From assembly GCA_052168235.1 (NCBI GenBank), contig JBQLZK010000002.1:256001-320000 (forward strand): a stretch of 64,000 nt of DNA. Reading direction: 5' to 3'. Shown piece by piece: positions 18,078 through 28,450 of the stretch (position 1 is its first letter; each line of letters begins with the position of its first letter). Under the pieces are notes generated by a model. The model was not told where the DNA came from. It did no database searches and worked only from the letters and a program-made list of their open reading frames with translations. This stretch comes from Thainema sp. (GTDB lineage Bacteria > Cyanobacteriota > Cyanobacteriia > Phormidesmidales > Phormidesmidaceae). Made by a program: the position numbers and the translations under genes.

Positions 18078-18710
18078 TTAGAAATCTAAGCCGGAGCGCA
18101 CCTGTTTAACTCGCAACCAGAGGCCAATGGTAATCTGCTTAGCAATCCAGTAGGCCACCGTGATGATCACAAACGTGATAAAGATGACCAGAATGGGTCG
18201 TTTGCTGGTCAGAGTATCCAGTGTGCCCAGTAGGACAGTATCGGGACTGGTCACTAAATCCCAGCTATTGAACCGCAGAAAGCGACCCAGATAAATCCCC
18301 ACAGCGACCAGCGCATGAATCAACAGTTCTGAAACGGTGACGTACTGCTTGGCTCCTTCCTTCACTAAGTAGTGGCTTTGATTCATCACCGATACGACAT
18401 AGGCCTCAAAGCCCGCCAGCATGGCAAAGGCATGTAGCGGCACAAAGATAATTGTCAGCACCCACACCGAATAGCCATCGCGGATCGCGTCCATCAGGTG
18501 AATAATGTCCGTCAGCATGTAGGGCGCGTTGGGCAGAAAGGCGACAAATACGACGTAAGCAATCCACCATAACAGCGATCTCACAATTCGCTTGCGGCGA
18601 AACAGCCAAAAACTGAGTACAAAGGGAATGTAGGCCAAGAACAGATTCCAAAGAATCCAGCCGCTGTGACGATCAAAAATTTCGAGTGAATCCTTCAGAA
18701 TATAATCCAT
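18078..18710 (-). CDS. DUF1361 family membrane protein
   Basis: WNLFLAYIP, FLPNAPYMLTDIIHL and GIYLGRFLRFNSWD. Confidence 0.88.
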   Translation of the reverse strand: MDYILKDSLEIFDRHSGWILWNLFLAYIPFVLSFWLFRRKRIVRSLLWWIAYVVFVAFLPNAPYMLTDIIHLMDAIRDGYSVWVLTIIFVPLHAFAMLAGFEAYVVSVMNQSHYLVKEGAKQYVTVSELLIHALVAVGIYLGRFLRFNSWDLVTSPDTVLLGTLDTLTSKRPILVIFITFVIITVAYWIAKQITIGLWLRVKQVRSGLDF

Positions 18711-18796
18711 GCTGTCCTAACCTTTTGTTAAAGTCCTCCTGATCTGTTATGGCACATGGATCTCGTTGACTGCGAGATTTAGTGATTGAAGAATTC

Positions 18797-18875
18797 AATA
18801 ATTTTTAGAGTCAGGACTGGTAGTGCGGTGGCGTCGCACCATCAGTCCTGACTCCACCTGACTCTAAAAATTGTT
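18797..18875. repeat. Nested inverted repeat in a divergent intergenic region
   Basis: Left arm ...TTTTAGAGTCAGGACTG can pair with either CAGTCCTGACTC or CCTGACTCTAAAAATT. Confidence 0.7.
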
Positions 18876-18952
18876 CCCGTTTGAGAACTACACAACCTGT
18901 TTTGGGCATGTTGAAGATAGTTCAGCGATAATTCAGCGGAAGGAAAAGTACC

Positions 18953-19759
18953 ATGCTTGTGATTAGCTGTGGAATGATGCGGTCGGGATCGACGCTGCAA
19001 TATCAGCTGGCGGTGGAGCTGTTGCAGCGGGCCGGACGAGGCGAAGGAATTGGTGAGGTACGCAACACGACCTGCCAGGATCTAGAGGCGCAAACCCACG
19101 GTCATGTGCATGTGGTCAAGGTTCACAAGCGACAGTTGCTGGCTGGGGTGTCAGATGCGATCGCAGATGGCTATGCCACGGGTCTTTACATTTCGCGGGA
19201 TATTCGCGATGTGGCGGTGTCGCTGATGAATATGCGCCAGATTAGCTTTGAGCGGTTAATGTTTCGCAGTGGTGAAGTGGAGCAGGCGCTGCGGGACTAT
19301 GAGGCATGGACAGCACTACCTGGAATTTTGATTTCCCAGTACGAGGTGATGATGGCCGATCTCGATCAGGAAGTGCAGCGGATTGCGCGTCATCTCAATA
19401 TCGACATTTCACCGGAAACGGCGGCGGAAATCGCTGACAAGTACGACCTGAAGCGGCAGCAAAAGCGGATTCAAGCCTGGAAAGCTGACCCCAACTACGA
19501 CGCCAGTCAGCACGACCCCAATACGCTGCTGCATCACAATCACATTCGCTCTGGTGAAACCCAGCAGTGGCGGACGGTGCTGACGCCGATCCAGATTGCC
19601 TATTTGGAATACATGGCCGGAGACTGGTTGCGATCGCAGGGCTATGAACTCAGCCAACCCCAGTGGCGTCAACAGCTTAGCCGCGCTGTCTTCCTAAAAG
19701 AAAAGGTGCGGCGCAAGTGGAATGCTCTATCCCGTCGCTGGTCTGCTCGAACAGCTTGA
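18953..19759 (+). CDS. Sulfotransferase domain protein
   Basis: GMMRSGST PAPS-binding loop, RDIRDVAVS and YE motif. Confidence 0.82.
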   Translation: MLVISCGMMRSGSTLQYQLAVELLQRAGRGEGIGEVRNTTCQDLEAQTHGHVHVVKVHKRQLLAGVSDAIADGYATGLYISRDIRDVAVSLMNMRQISFERLMFRSGEVEQALRDYEAWTALPGILISQYEVMMADLDQEVQRIARHLNIDISPETAAEIADKYDLKRQQKRIQAWKADPNYDASQHDPNTLLHHNHIRSGETQQWRTVLTPIQIAYLEYMAGDWLRSQGYELSQPQWRQQLSRAVFLKEKVRRKWNALSRRWSARTA

Positions 19760-19773
19760 GGTGGCGATGGCTG

Positions 19774-20550
19774 CTATAAAATCTGAGACAGGAATTTTTG
19801 CGATCGCTCTTCTTTGGGATTGTTGAAAAACTCTTCTGGCGTGGCTTCTTCAACCAGAACGCCGCTATCCATCAGCACCACCCGGTCGGCCACTTCTCGG
19901 GCAAAGCCGACTTCGTGGGTGACGCACACCATTGTCATGCCGGAGGAGGCTAGTGTCCGCATTACGTCTAATACTTCTCGCACCATCTCGGGGTCAAGCG
20001 CCGAGGTCGGTTCGTCGAACAGCATGATTTTCGGTTCCATCGCTAGAGCCCGTGCGATCGCAACCCGCTGCTGCTGACCACCGGATAGCTGGCCCGGATA
20101 TTTCTGCGCCTGTTCCAGGATGCCAACCCTTTCCAGGAGCTGCATGGCTTTTTCTTCGGCCCGCTTTTTCGGCCAGCGGCGCACCCAAATGGGTGCCAGA
20201 GTGACATTTTTCAGCACGGTCAGGTGGGGAAACAGATTAAATTGCTGAAACACCATGCCCACTTCGCGCCTTACCGTGTCGATGTTTTTCAAATCACGGG
20301 ATAGATGAATTCCGTCGATCACGATGCTGCCTTTTTGATAAGTTTCCAAGGCATTGAATGTGCGAATGAAGGTGGATTTTCCAGAACCGGATGGTCCCAT
20401 AACGACGACGACTTCGCCTTTGGTGACGGTTAGGCTAACTCCTCGCAGCACGTGAAAATTATTGTCGTACCACTTCTCCACGTCCGTCGCAACGATGATT
20501 GGTTCGCCCATACCTCCAGTCGTTTCAGATTGAGCTTGAACTTGTGTCAT
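19774..20550 (-). CDS. bgtA: Polar amino acid ABC transporter ATP-binding subunit (BgtA/AapP-like)
   Basis: [23 protein letters not shown] and [13 protein letters not shown]. Confidence 0.88.
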   Translation of the reverse strand: MTQVQAQSETTGGMGEPIIVATDVEKWYDNNFHVLRGVSLTVTKGEVVVVMGPSGSGKSTFIRTFNALETYQKGSIVIDGIHLSRDLKNIDTVRREVGMVFQQFNLFPHLTVLKNVTLAPIWVRRWPKKRAEEKAMQLLERVGILEQAQKYPGQLSGGQQQRVAIARALAMEPKIMLFDEPTSALDPEMVREVLDVMRTLASSGMTMVCVTHEVGFAREVADRVVLMDSGVLVEEATPEEFFNNPKEERSQKFLSQIL

Positions 20551-20896
20551 GGTGTTTTTCCTACCCGTATGAATACGTTGAATCAAAATGATGCAGTTTT
20601 AAATAGCTGCGAGATCGCTGGATTGGTTATATCAACTCATGTTGACCGCATTTTAGCCTGATGACTGTCGGCCAAAGCGCAAGTGTGAAGTTATATGCAG
20701 TCCGGTTACGCGGACTTGATATTACGTTTGCCTCCAGTTCTGCTGACACCTTAGAGCAGGTTAGCCGAGGCCATTGTTATATAGATGACAAACCCTTGGC
20801 CGAACAAGGTTTCAGCTAACTTTAGCCGCTCTAGTTGAGTTGCAGCTTATAGCCATTAGGTCGAGTGCTAACTTTTTTGATTTGCCGCCTATTTCC

Positions 20897-22126
20897 CTAG
20901 CGCTGTCCGGTATTCAACTGCTTCTCGATTTGACGACTGCCGAGCGCCATTGCATAGCAGCAGACCCAGTAAATCAGCGCCACGAAGGTATACACCTCGG
21001 CGTAGCGACCCAAAAATTGCGGGTTAGCCAGGATCGACTGCGAGATGCCTAAGAGTTCGACCAGACCGACAATCGCTAGCAGCGATGTGTCTTTGAACAA
21101 GCTGATAAACTGGCCCACAATTGTGGGAATTACGGCTTTCAGTGCCTGCGGCAGGACGATCAGCAGCGTGACCAGTGCGCCATTGAGACCCAAGGCACGA
21201 GCCGCTTCTGACTGTCCGCGTGGAATGGCCTGTAAACCACCGCGCACGTTTTCCGCCAGATAAACTGCCGCAAAGATGGTCAAACCTGCGATCGCACGTA
21301 GCACCCGATCGGGTGGTTGCGATCCGGGAGCCAGCACCAGCGGCAGCATCACCTGGGCCATAAACAAAATCGTGATCAGCGGCAGTCCGCGAATGATTTC
21401 AATAAACGCAATACAGACCCAGCGCACGATCACGAGATCACTTTGCCGCCCCAGCGCCAGCAAGACCCCGAACGGAAAGCACAGCACGATACTGGTGACG
21501 GCGGTCAGAAGGGTCAGCACAAAGCCGCTTAGATCCTGCAATCGCACCGTCCTCATACCGGGCAGCAGACCCTGGAGCAGAATCAGGCCAACGATATATG
21601 CAACCAGCCACACCAGCGTCAGCCAGCCGCCAATCCCTTCAACTCGCTGTGCGATCGCATATCCGCCATAGGCCGTTGCGGCTAGCAGGACTACCATGCC
21701 CAGCAGGATCAGGCCACCGGGTACGCTGAAGCCTAGAATTACGCCAATGCTAAGGGCGGCCAAGACGACCAGCACGGCTAAGCTGGTGGTGTTAAACAAG
21801 CGAATATTGCGGCTCAGTACGCCCCAGGTCAGCCCACCCGCTACGGTAAATGCGCCGACGGTAGCCCACAGCCGCCAGGTCAAATCGGCAGGATAGCGTC
21901 CGGCCAGCATCAGTCGAATATTGCGCTGAATCACTTCCCACTGCGCCACGCCAAACACCCACTGCACAATGCCGATGGCTAGCCAAGCCAGCACCACCAC
22001 CGAAACGATGGTCAGGACGGTGTTGAATGGCGAGTTAAATAGGTTGCGTCGCGCCCACTTCACCGGAGCAACCTGACTTTTGGGTGGTGCGGCGACTGTT
22101 CCCGGTTCTGGCTGAGAAAAGGTCAT
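20897..22126 (-). CDS. natH: Amino acid ABC transporter permease (NatH/AapM-like)
   Basis: IEIIRGLPLI, AENVRGGLQAIPRGQSEAA and FKDTSL. Confidence 0.85.
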   Translation of the reverse strand: MTFSQPEPGTVAAPPKSQVAPVKWARRNLFNSPFNTVLTIVSVVVLAWLAIGIVQWVFGVAQWEVIQRNIRLMLAGRYPADLTWRLWATVGAFTVAGGLTWGVLSRNIRLFNTTSLAVLVVLAALSIGVILGFSVPGGLILLGMVVLLAATAYGGYAIAQRVEGIGGWLTLVWLVAYIVGLILLQGLLPGMRTVRLQDLSGFVLTLLTAVTSIVLCFPFGVLLALGRQSDLVIVRWVCIAFIEIIRGLPLITILFMAQVMLPLVLAPGSQPPDRVLRAIAGLTIFAAVYLAENVRGGLQAIPRGQSEAARALGLNGALVTLLIVLPQALKAVIPTIVGQFISLFKDTSLLAIVGLVELLGISQSILANPQFLGRYAEVYTFVALIYWVCCYAMALGSRQIEKQLNTGQR

Positions 22127-22170
22127 GATCTATAACGAGTTCAAAATCAATCAATTTATCGGAGCGGATT

Positions 22171-22237
22171 GTAGGGGCGGGTTTAGCCATCAAATTGTGG
22201 CTTTAAATCAAAATTGGACAGCAAAAACCGCCCCTAC
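22171..22237. repeat. GTAG-type REP doublet (REPIN-like)
   Basis: GTAGGGGCGGGTTTAGCC...AAAACCGCCCCTAC; same length as the 15060 copy. Confidence 0.85.
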
Positions 22238-22272
22238 GCAATGTTGGTTTGAATTTAGAGACCTGTATTCAG

Positions 22273-23442
22273 CTAGCGCTCTTTGAGCTGTACTGACTGA
22301 TTAAATACATTCATCAGTAGCGCAATGATCAGGTTGATGATCAGATAGGTGGACATCACAATCAGGATCATTTCTACCGAGCGCCCGGTTTGGTTCGCGG
22401 TGGTATTGGATACCGAAAAGATGTCGTTGTAGCCAATTGCGATCGCAAGACTGGAGTTCTTAGCCAGGTTTAAATACTCACTGGTCAGCGGTGGGATCAT
22501 CACCCGCAGCGCCTGAGGAAAAATCACCAACTGCATGACGCGATTGGACTGTAAGCCCAGTGCCCGTGCGGCTTCCCACTGTCCTTTTGAAACCGACTGA
22601 ATGCCAGCTCGCACCACCTCTGCGATAAAGGCAGCGGTGTAAAGTACCAGTCCGGTCAGCAAAGCCGCAAATTCTGGTGATAGATTGAGTCCTCCGGTCA
22701 GGGATGTTCCTTCCAGCACCGGAACTTCCCACTGTAGGCCAAAGATCAGGCAGACCACTAAAACCGCCAGCGCAATATACTGGGCGATGTTCAACGACTG
22801 CGGTGACGTGCCCGTTTGCTCCATCAGCTTCATCCGTCGTCGCCAAATGACGACCAGTGCGATCGCACTAGCAACCAGCAGCAGTAGCGCTAAGCCTGTT
22901 CGCAGCGTATAGAGCGGCCACAGTAGATCGACCCCACGCTGGGTCAGGTAGAAACCTGGCACGCTAATGGGGGTTTCAATTGCTGGCAGATTCAGAAAAA
23001 CGGCAAAGTACCAAAAGAAAAGCTGAAGCAGCAGCGGCGTATTGCGAAAAATTTGCACGTAGATGCTCGAAATTTGCTGCACAAGCCAGTTATCGGACAG
23101 TCGCGCAATCCCGGAAACAACGCCAACCACGGTGGCTAAGATGATGCCCAAAATCATCACGCGCAGTGAGTTGAGCAAACCCACCAGCAGCGCTCTGCGA
23201 TAAGGATCGGTGGGCGAATAGGGGATGGCCGTATCGCCAATGCCAAAGGATGCGGCTCGGTCTAGAAACTCGAAGCCAAAGGGAATATTGAGCCGCTGAT
23301 AGTTAATGGCGAAATTGGTCGCCAAAATCGCAAAAATGACGGCAATGATGGCCAAGATAATCACTTGAATGGCAATCTTGACGATCCGTTCGTCTCGCCA
23401 AAGGGGAATTTTTTCCTCGGTAATCATCGGATCATGGGTCAT
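22273..23442 (-). CDS. natG: Amino acid ABC transporter permease (NatG/AapQ-like)
   Basis: FRNTPLLLQL, AEVVRAGIQSVSKGQWEAA and KNSSLAIAIGY. Confidence 0.85.
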   Translation of the reverse strand: MTHDPMITEEKIPLWRDERIVKIAIQVIILAIIAVIFAILATNFAINYQRLNIPFGFEFLDRAASFGIGDTAIPYSPTDPYRRALLVGLLNSLRVMILGIILATVVGVVSGIARLSDNWLVQQISSIYVQIFRNTPLLLQLFFWYFAVFLNLPAIETPISVPGFYLTQRGVDLLWPLYTLRTGLALLLLVASAIALVVIWRRRMKLMEQTGTSPQSLNIAQYIALAVLVVCLIFGLQWEVPVLEGTSLTGGLNLSPEFAALLTGLVLYTAAFIAEVVRAGIQSVSKGQWEAARALGLQSNRVMQLVIFPQALRVMIPPLTSEYLNLAKNSSLAIAIGYNDIFSVSNTTANQTGRSVEMILIVMSTYLIINLIIALLMNVFNQSVQLKER

Positions 23443-23504
23443 GGGTCATCGTTGGTGCACAAAAGCAAACAGGGCAGACCGAGTGGTCTACCCTGTTAGA
23501 AGTT

Positions 23505-24560
23505 TTAGCGGAACGGTGGAGAATACATCAGTCCTCCCTCGGTCCATAGCTCATTGGGGCCACGCTCTAAATCGAACGGTTCACCAATGTTGCGCTCGTA
23601 AATTTCGCCATAGTTGCCTACGGCCCGAATTGCCCGCGCCGCAAAGTCGTTGGGCAGACCCATGTCTTCACCCAAGTTCCCTTCCAGACCCAGGAAGCGC
23701 TGAATATTGGGATCTTCGGTGTTCTGGAACGTATCAATATTTTCTGAGGTAATGCCAAATTCTTCAGCCTGAATCAAAGAATAGACAACCCACTTGACGG
23801 CGTCAGACCAGTTGGTATCACCGTTGACCACCGCAGGGGCCAGCGGTTCCTTAGACAGGACGACATCCATCACCACATGGTCATCAGGATTGGGCAGCGT
23901 GGTGCGGCGAGCCGTAAGTTGGGAACGGTCAGAGGTGGCTCCCTGGCAGCGACCGCTGGCATAGGCCGCATAGAGGGCATCCTCATCGTCAAAGACAACG
24001 GGCGTATATTCAACGCCGCGCTTGCGCATTTGGTCGGCCAAGTTCAGCTCGGTGGTAGTGCCAGCCTGCACGCAGATCGAAGCGCCTTCTAAATCTTCTA
24101 AAGTCGTGAAGCCAGAGGCTCTGGATACCAACATGCCCTGACCGTCATAGAAGACTGTGGGCGCAAACTCTAAACCAACGGACGTATCGCGGCTAATGGT
24201 GTCGGTGGTGTTGCGGCTAAGGATATCGACTTCACCCGTTTGCACCGCTGTGAAACGTTCTTGAGCACTCAGGTTGCGATATTCAACCGCATTGGGATCG
24301 TCAAACAGGGCTGCCGCGATCGCACGGCAAACGTCAACATCTAGACCCGAATATTCACCGCTTTCGTTCACGAAGCTAAATCCGGGTAGCTGTCCATTAA
24401 CGCCGCAGACGAGAGTGCCACGAGATTGAACCGAGTTGAGGAGGCTGCTACCACTACCTCCTTCTTCACCTTCGGTTGAGGTTGTACCACCACCGCCACA
24501 AGCGGTCAGGGCAGCCATCAAGCCAAGGGTGAATAAAAAACGTAAGCTCCGGTTTTGCAT
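23505..24560 (-). CDS. natF: Amino acid ABC transporter substrate-binding lipoprotein (NatF/AapJ/BztA-like)
   Basis: Lipobox LTAC, CGVNGQLPGFS, RNTT, VGNYGEIYERN and YSPPFR. Confidence 0.88.
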   Translation of the reverse strand: MQNRSLRFLFTLGLMAALTACGGGGTTSTEGEEGGSGSSLLNSVQSRGTLVCGVNGQLPGFSFVNESGEYSGLDVDVCRAIAAALFDDPNAVEYRNLSAQERFTAVQTGEVDILSRNTTDTISRDTSVGLEFAPTVFYDGQGMLVSRASGFTTLEDLEGASICVQAGTTTELNLADQMRKRGVEYTPVVFDDEDALYAAYASGRCQGATSDRSQLTARRTTLPNPDDHVVMDVVLSKEPLAPAVVNGDTNWSDAVKWVVYSLIQAEEFGITSENIDTFQNTEDPNIQRFLGLEGNLGEDMGLPNDFAARAIRAVGNYGEIYERNIGEPFDLERGPNELWTEGGLMYSPPFR

Positions 24561-24797
24561 AGGTATTTAGTAAGCTTTTAAGACAAGAACAAATGTAGTA
24601 CAGCTAGTGTAGTACACCTGAGTTAGTGCTATTCACAATACGAAACACTATAAGGCTGCGATCGCACGGCCACAGCACAACTTATAGAAAATTCGCTCTT
24701 ATCTTAGTCGCAACACGTGGTTTGAAGTGTAGTCTCACGAGCAGACAAAACCGATGTGAATCGAGTAGACAGTTCGAGTAAACAGTGCCAGTGAGGG

Positions 24798-25016
24798 CTA
24801 AGCCGCCAGCCGCTGGTCGGCGATGTCCCGAATCAGTGAGAGCTTGGAGTAGAGATAAGCTGCTAAAGTCCCTTTTTCGTCTGCACTTAGGGGATAGCTG
24901 ACTTGGGTCTCTTGGATAAGCCACTGTACTAAGCCTGTGTCATCCAAATTCAACAGTGTATGAGTATGAGCTGATTCAATCTGCATCCACAGCTTTCTCA
25001 AGATTAAAGGATCCAT
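24798..25016 (-). CDS. Small conserved hypothetical protein (72 aa)
   Basis: MDPLILRKLW...LIRDIA; GAGG RBS upstream of the ATG at 25016. Confidence 0.7.
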   Translation of the reverse strand: MDPLILRKLWMQIESAHTHTLLNLDDTGLVQWLIQETQVSYPLSADEKGTLAAYLYSKLSLIRDIADQRLAA

Positions 25017-25869
25017 TGTTTTACCTCTTCTGCGTTCTTCTACGTATTGAGCAAGCAGGTCAGTAGTATTGAGCGAGCAGTTCCTATTTCTCACCATACA
25101 CACTGAAGAAGAGAATGGTCTGAAATGTCAAATAGTATGAAACAAGAGTTACTAAAACCTCAAATTATTGACGTACAACTTGATTAAGAATTGCTCTACT
25201 TTTCTGAAACTTCAAATGTCAGTGTTATTAAGATATCTTCAAGAAATATTAAAGCTGCTAGGCAGCAGCAGTTTATAACAAGTAGCAGCCTTATCCTGTT
25301 GATACTGTATCGATGCTCCCATGACAGGAGGTACTGAAATCTCCTGTTCGCGATGGTTTCGGCGCTTTCTTGATCTCAGCGACACTATGAAAGCCGCCAA
25401 TGTAAAGAACGAGTTTGGAAGATAGCGAGACGAGAGAAATTAGCGTTGCAACGTTTTATTGATCAGGCTATTTACAAAGGCCTCTGCTGAAAGATAGATT
25501 TATGGCAATTACTTGCTGCCAGGTAAATTAATTCCTGTTGAAGAGTATCTGATCAAGCGCGGAAAACTGTATCTATTGCTACAAATAGTTTTCTATAGTT
25601 CTATATAGATTCCTGATCGGTTTTGAAGCCGATTTCTGCATTAATGTGTGAAGTCATTGGATTGCTGCTAAATGCGCGATCGCACGTTATCTGCTCCAGC
25701 TTTCTTGTCGCAAAATAAACTTTTTGATCATTGGTTTACAATCCGTTTTGATTAGTTATGCCGATTATGATTTCAGGTCAAGTTGCGATCGCAGCCACCA
25801 ATCCATCCATCAGCTCCCTTGCTCTACTCCCACTCTCCTCCCGCTCCCCTACTCAACACCTCACAGCTT

Positions 25870-25912
25870 TAAAAGAGAACAGGCACGGCTCAGCCGTGCC
25901 TGTTCTCTTTTA
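25870..25912 (-). terminator. Hairpin terminator downstream of kaiC
   Basis: TAAAAGAGAACAGGCACGGCT-c-AGCCGTGCCTGTTCTCTTTTA. Confidence 0.8.
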
Positions 25913-25932
25913 GCTATGTGTAACCGGGCGAT

Positions 25933-27480
25933 CTACTCCACGTTATCCTTCACACCTTTGACAATCCGGGACAACTCTGACTTCTCATCAACGCTGACCC
26001 GGCTCGGTGAACCGCTGATAATCCGCTCAAAGTTGCGGAACGAGTCTTTGATTTCTGGCCCCTGCTCGGTAATCGTATACTCGCGAATGCCCTTGTCGTG
26101 CCACGATCCCCGCATCTTGAACACATTGATCGCCCGTGACATCTCACCCCGGATCTCAACGTACTGCAACATCAAAATCGTGTCGGTAATCGTTGAGATA
26201 TGGGAATCTGTGATTGAGTGGGCACCCATGAACTGGTCAGTGGTATTGGTGAAGAAGCCCGTAATTTCTTCCTGCTTGGCAAAGCCCGTCACGCCGATGA
26301 TGAACTGCCGAAAGGCGTTGTTGCTGACCCCTCGTGCCAGCGCTGATAAGGAATCAATGGCAATGCAATTGGGTTTAAAGTGATCAATCTCTGACTTGAT
26401 CATCTGTAAGTGATCTTCTAGTCCTGCCGACTCCGGATAGGCGCAGAGAATTTTCAGCAAGCCCTTGCGCTCCAGCTCCTCAAATTCGATCCCCCAGGAA
26501 TAGGCGTTGCGAGAAAGCTGTGCCCGCGACTCTTCGTAGGCGAACAGAATGGCCCGCTCACCTCGATTGCAGGCATCTTGAATGAACTTACTAACCAGCA
26601 GGGTTTTGCCCGTACCCGTTGCGCCCGTGGCCAGAATGATGGAGTCCTTGAAGAAGCCACCGCCACACATTTGATCCAGCGTTTTGACGCCAGAAGAGAC
26701 GCGCACATTGGACGATCGCTGCGTAAGCCGCATGGCACCCAATGGAAAAATACTGATCCCTTGATTCGTAATCGTGAACGGGTATTCCCCTTTCATGTGG
26801 GTTGTGCCCCGCAGCTTGAGAATCTCAGCCGTCCGTCGCCGCCGCTCTCCTTCAAGGACGTTGCGCAAGATCACGACATTGTCGGAGACAAATTCTTCAA
26901 CCCCAAAGCGGGCAATTGGGCCATATTCCTCGACCCGCTCTGTGGTCATGATTGTGGTGGCACCCACCTGCTTCATGCGGGCAACTAGGCGAAAAATCTC
27001 GCGCCGAACGACCGATGCCGCATCGTACTGCTGAAAGACTGCTGTGACTGAATCGATAGACACTCGCCGCGCCTTGTACTTCCGAATGGCGTAGTGAATC
27101 CGCTCAATCAGCGCCGACAGGTCAAAACTGCCGACCACATCCTGTCCTTCTGGATCGGGTGATGCATCCAGAATAAACAGCTTGCCGTCATCGATCAGTT
27201 TTTGCAGATCCCAGCCAAAACTGTAGGCGTTCTTGATAATATCGGCTGGAGACTCCTCAAAAGTGACAAATATGCCGGGTTCATCGAATTGGGAAATGCC
27301 ATTGTAGAGAAACTGAACGGCAATCAGTGTTTTGCCCGTGCCCGAGGTGCCGCTAACTAGGGTTGTACGACCCGTTGGGAGTCCACCATGACTAATGTCA
27401 TCGAACCCCTCGATCATCGTGCGGATCTTCTGCACTCCTTTTGCTTCTAGCTGGCTACCATTCGAATTAGGCTGACTCAT
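25933..27480 (-). CDS. kaiC: Circadian clock protein KaiC
   Basis: Two RecA-like domains (GTSGTGKT, GATGTGKT); SHISTITDT phosphorylation sites; DEKSELSRI tail. Confidence 0.98.
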   Translation of the reverse strand: MSQPNSNGSQLEAKGVQKIRTMIEGFDDISHGGLPTGRTTLVSGTSGTGKTLIAVQFLYNGISQFDEPGIFVTFEESPADIIKNAYSFGWDLQKLIDDGKLFILDASPDPEGQDVVGSFDLSALIERIHYAIRKYKARRVSIDSVTAVFQQYDAASVVRREIFRLVARMKQVGATTIMTTERVEEYGPIARFGVEEFVSDNVVILRNVLEGERRRRTAEILKLRGTTHMKGEYPFTITNQGISIFPLGAMRLTQRSSNVRVSSGVKTLDQMCGGGFFKDSIILATGATGTGKTLLVSKFIQDACNRGERAILFAYEESRAQLSRNAYSWGIEFEELERKGLLKILCAYPESAGLEDHLQMIKSEIDHFKPNCIAIDSLSALARGVSNNAFRQFIIGVTGFAKQEEITGFFTNTTDQFMGAHSITDSHISTITDTILMLQYVEIRGEMSRAINVFKMRGSWHDKGIREYTITEQGPEIKDSFRNFERIISGSPSRVSVDEKSELSRIVKGVKDNVE

Positions 27481-27840
27481 GGCTGGATGGACTCAATACA
27501 ATCAATCAAATCTAGAGCGAACGAGCAATCAGAGGCTCTAATGATCCTGTTTATGGACATGCTTGTGGACATCGACCAACCATTTGAAAACCTTTTGTAC
27601 AAGTAATCAAGGCAAATCATGCCCATGTTTTGGATGTCTCGTCAACAAATGTTAAGTGAGCGCAAACACTGGTGCAACAATCTATTGATCTAGCAAATAG
27701 TTAAGCAGATTGGCAGAATTCATCTTGGCCGAATCTCATGATAGGTCAAAGGCCATGCCAATACCCATTGGAACACGATTTGGTGCGAATCTGGATCGAT
27801 AACCGAGTTTTTAGCAACTGAATAATTTTCATCTAGACTG

Positions 27841-28158
27841 CTATAGCTCGTTTGCTTCATCGTCACGCAGTTCTTCATAGAGCAGGTCGAGGCCGATGAG
27901 GACTCGTTCGCGGTCAGACAGGTCGCCAATAATTTTGCGGACGGGTGGCGGCAGAATTTTGGATAGGGTCGGTGTCGCGAGGATTTTGTCTTCTTCTGCA
28001 AGCTGGGGATTTTTCAACACATCAATTACTTTCAACGCATAGACACCCTGAAACTCCTGTTCCAGAATGTTGTTGAGTGTTTTGAGTGCCCGAATCGAGT
28101 TGGGCGTATTGCCTGCCACATAGAGCTTCAGCACGTAGGTTTTTTTCAGAGTATTCAT
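27841..28158 (-). CDS. kaiB: Circadian clock protein KaiB
   Basis: [16 protein letters not shown]...[22 protein letters not shown]; start placed at MNTLKK. Confidence 0.98.
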   Translation of the reverse strand: MNTLKKTYVLKLYVAGNTPNSIRALKTLNNILEQEFQGVYALKVIDVLKNPQLAEEDKILATPTLSKILPPPVRKIIGDLSDRERVLIGLDLLYEELRDDEANEL

Positions 28159-28450
28159 AGTTTGGCAGCACGGATAATCGATGTGACTAGTTAGAAATCG
28201 TGACAGAATATCATTCACTCAATTTATTCACTCAATGTAGACGCTTTCCACGAGTAATCTCGCGAAGCGTTAGGGTCTTTTACGGATTGCTCTAAAAACT
28301 TGATTGATGAGCTTGACTTCCGATGATGATGAGTGATGACGAAAGGTTGCGATCGCAGATTATCCTAATCCGCAGATCATCCTAATCCATCAGGCTTGCA
28401 TGCGGGTTCATTGTTACCGCCGTTATCGCCAGGTTATCACCAGCTCGTGA

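Noticed and set aside
24561..24680. NtcA site upstream of natF (and upstream of glnT)
   Set aside because: No GTA-N8-TAC match found; only a short TGTAGTACA direct repeat.
25724..26383. 219-aa plus-strand ORF overlapping kaiC
   Set aside because: Antisense shadow of a highly conserved gene.
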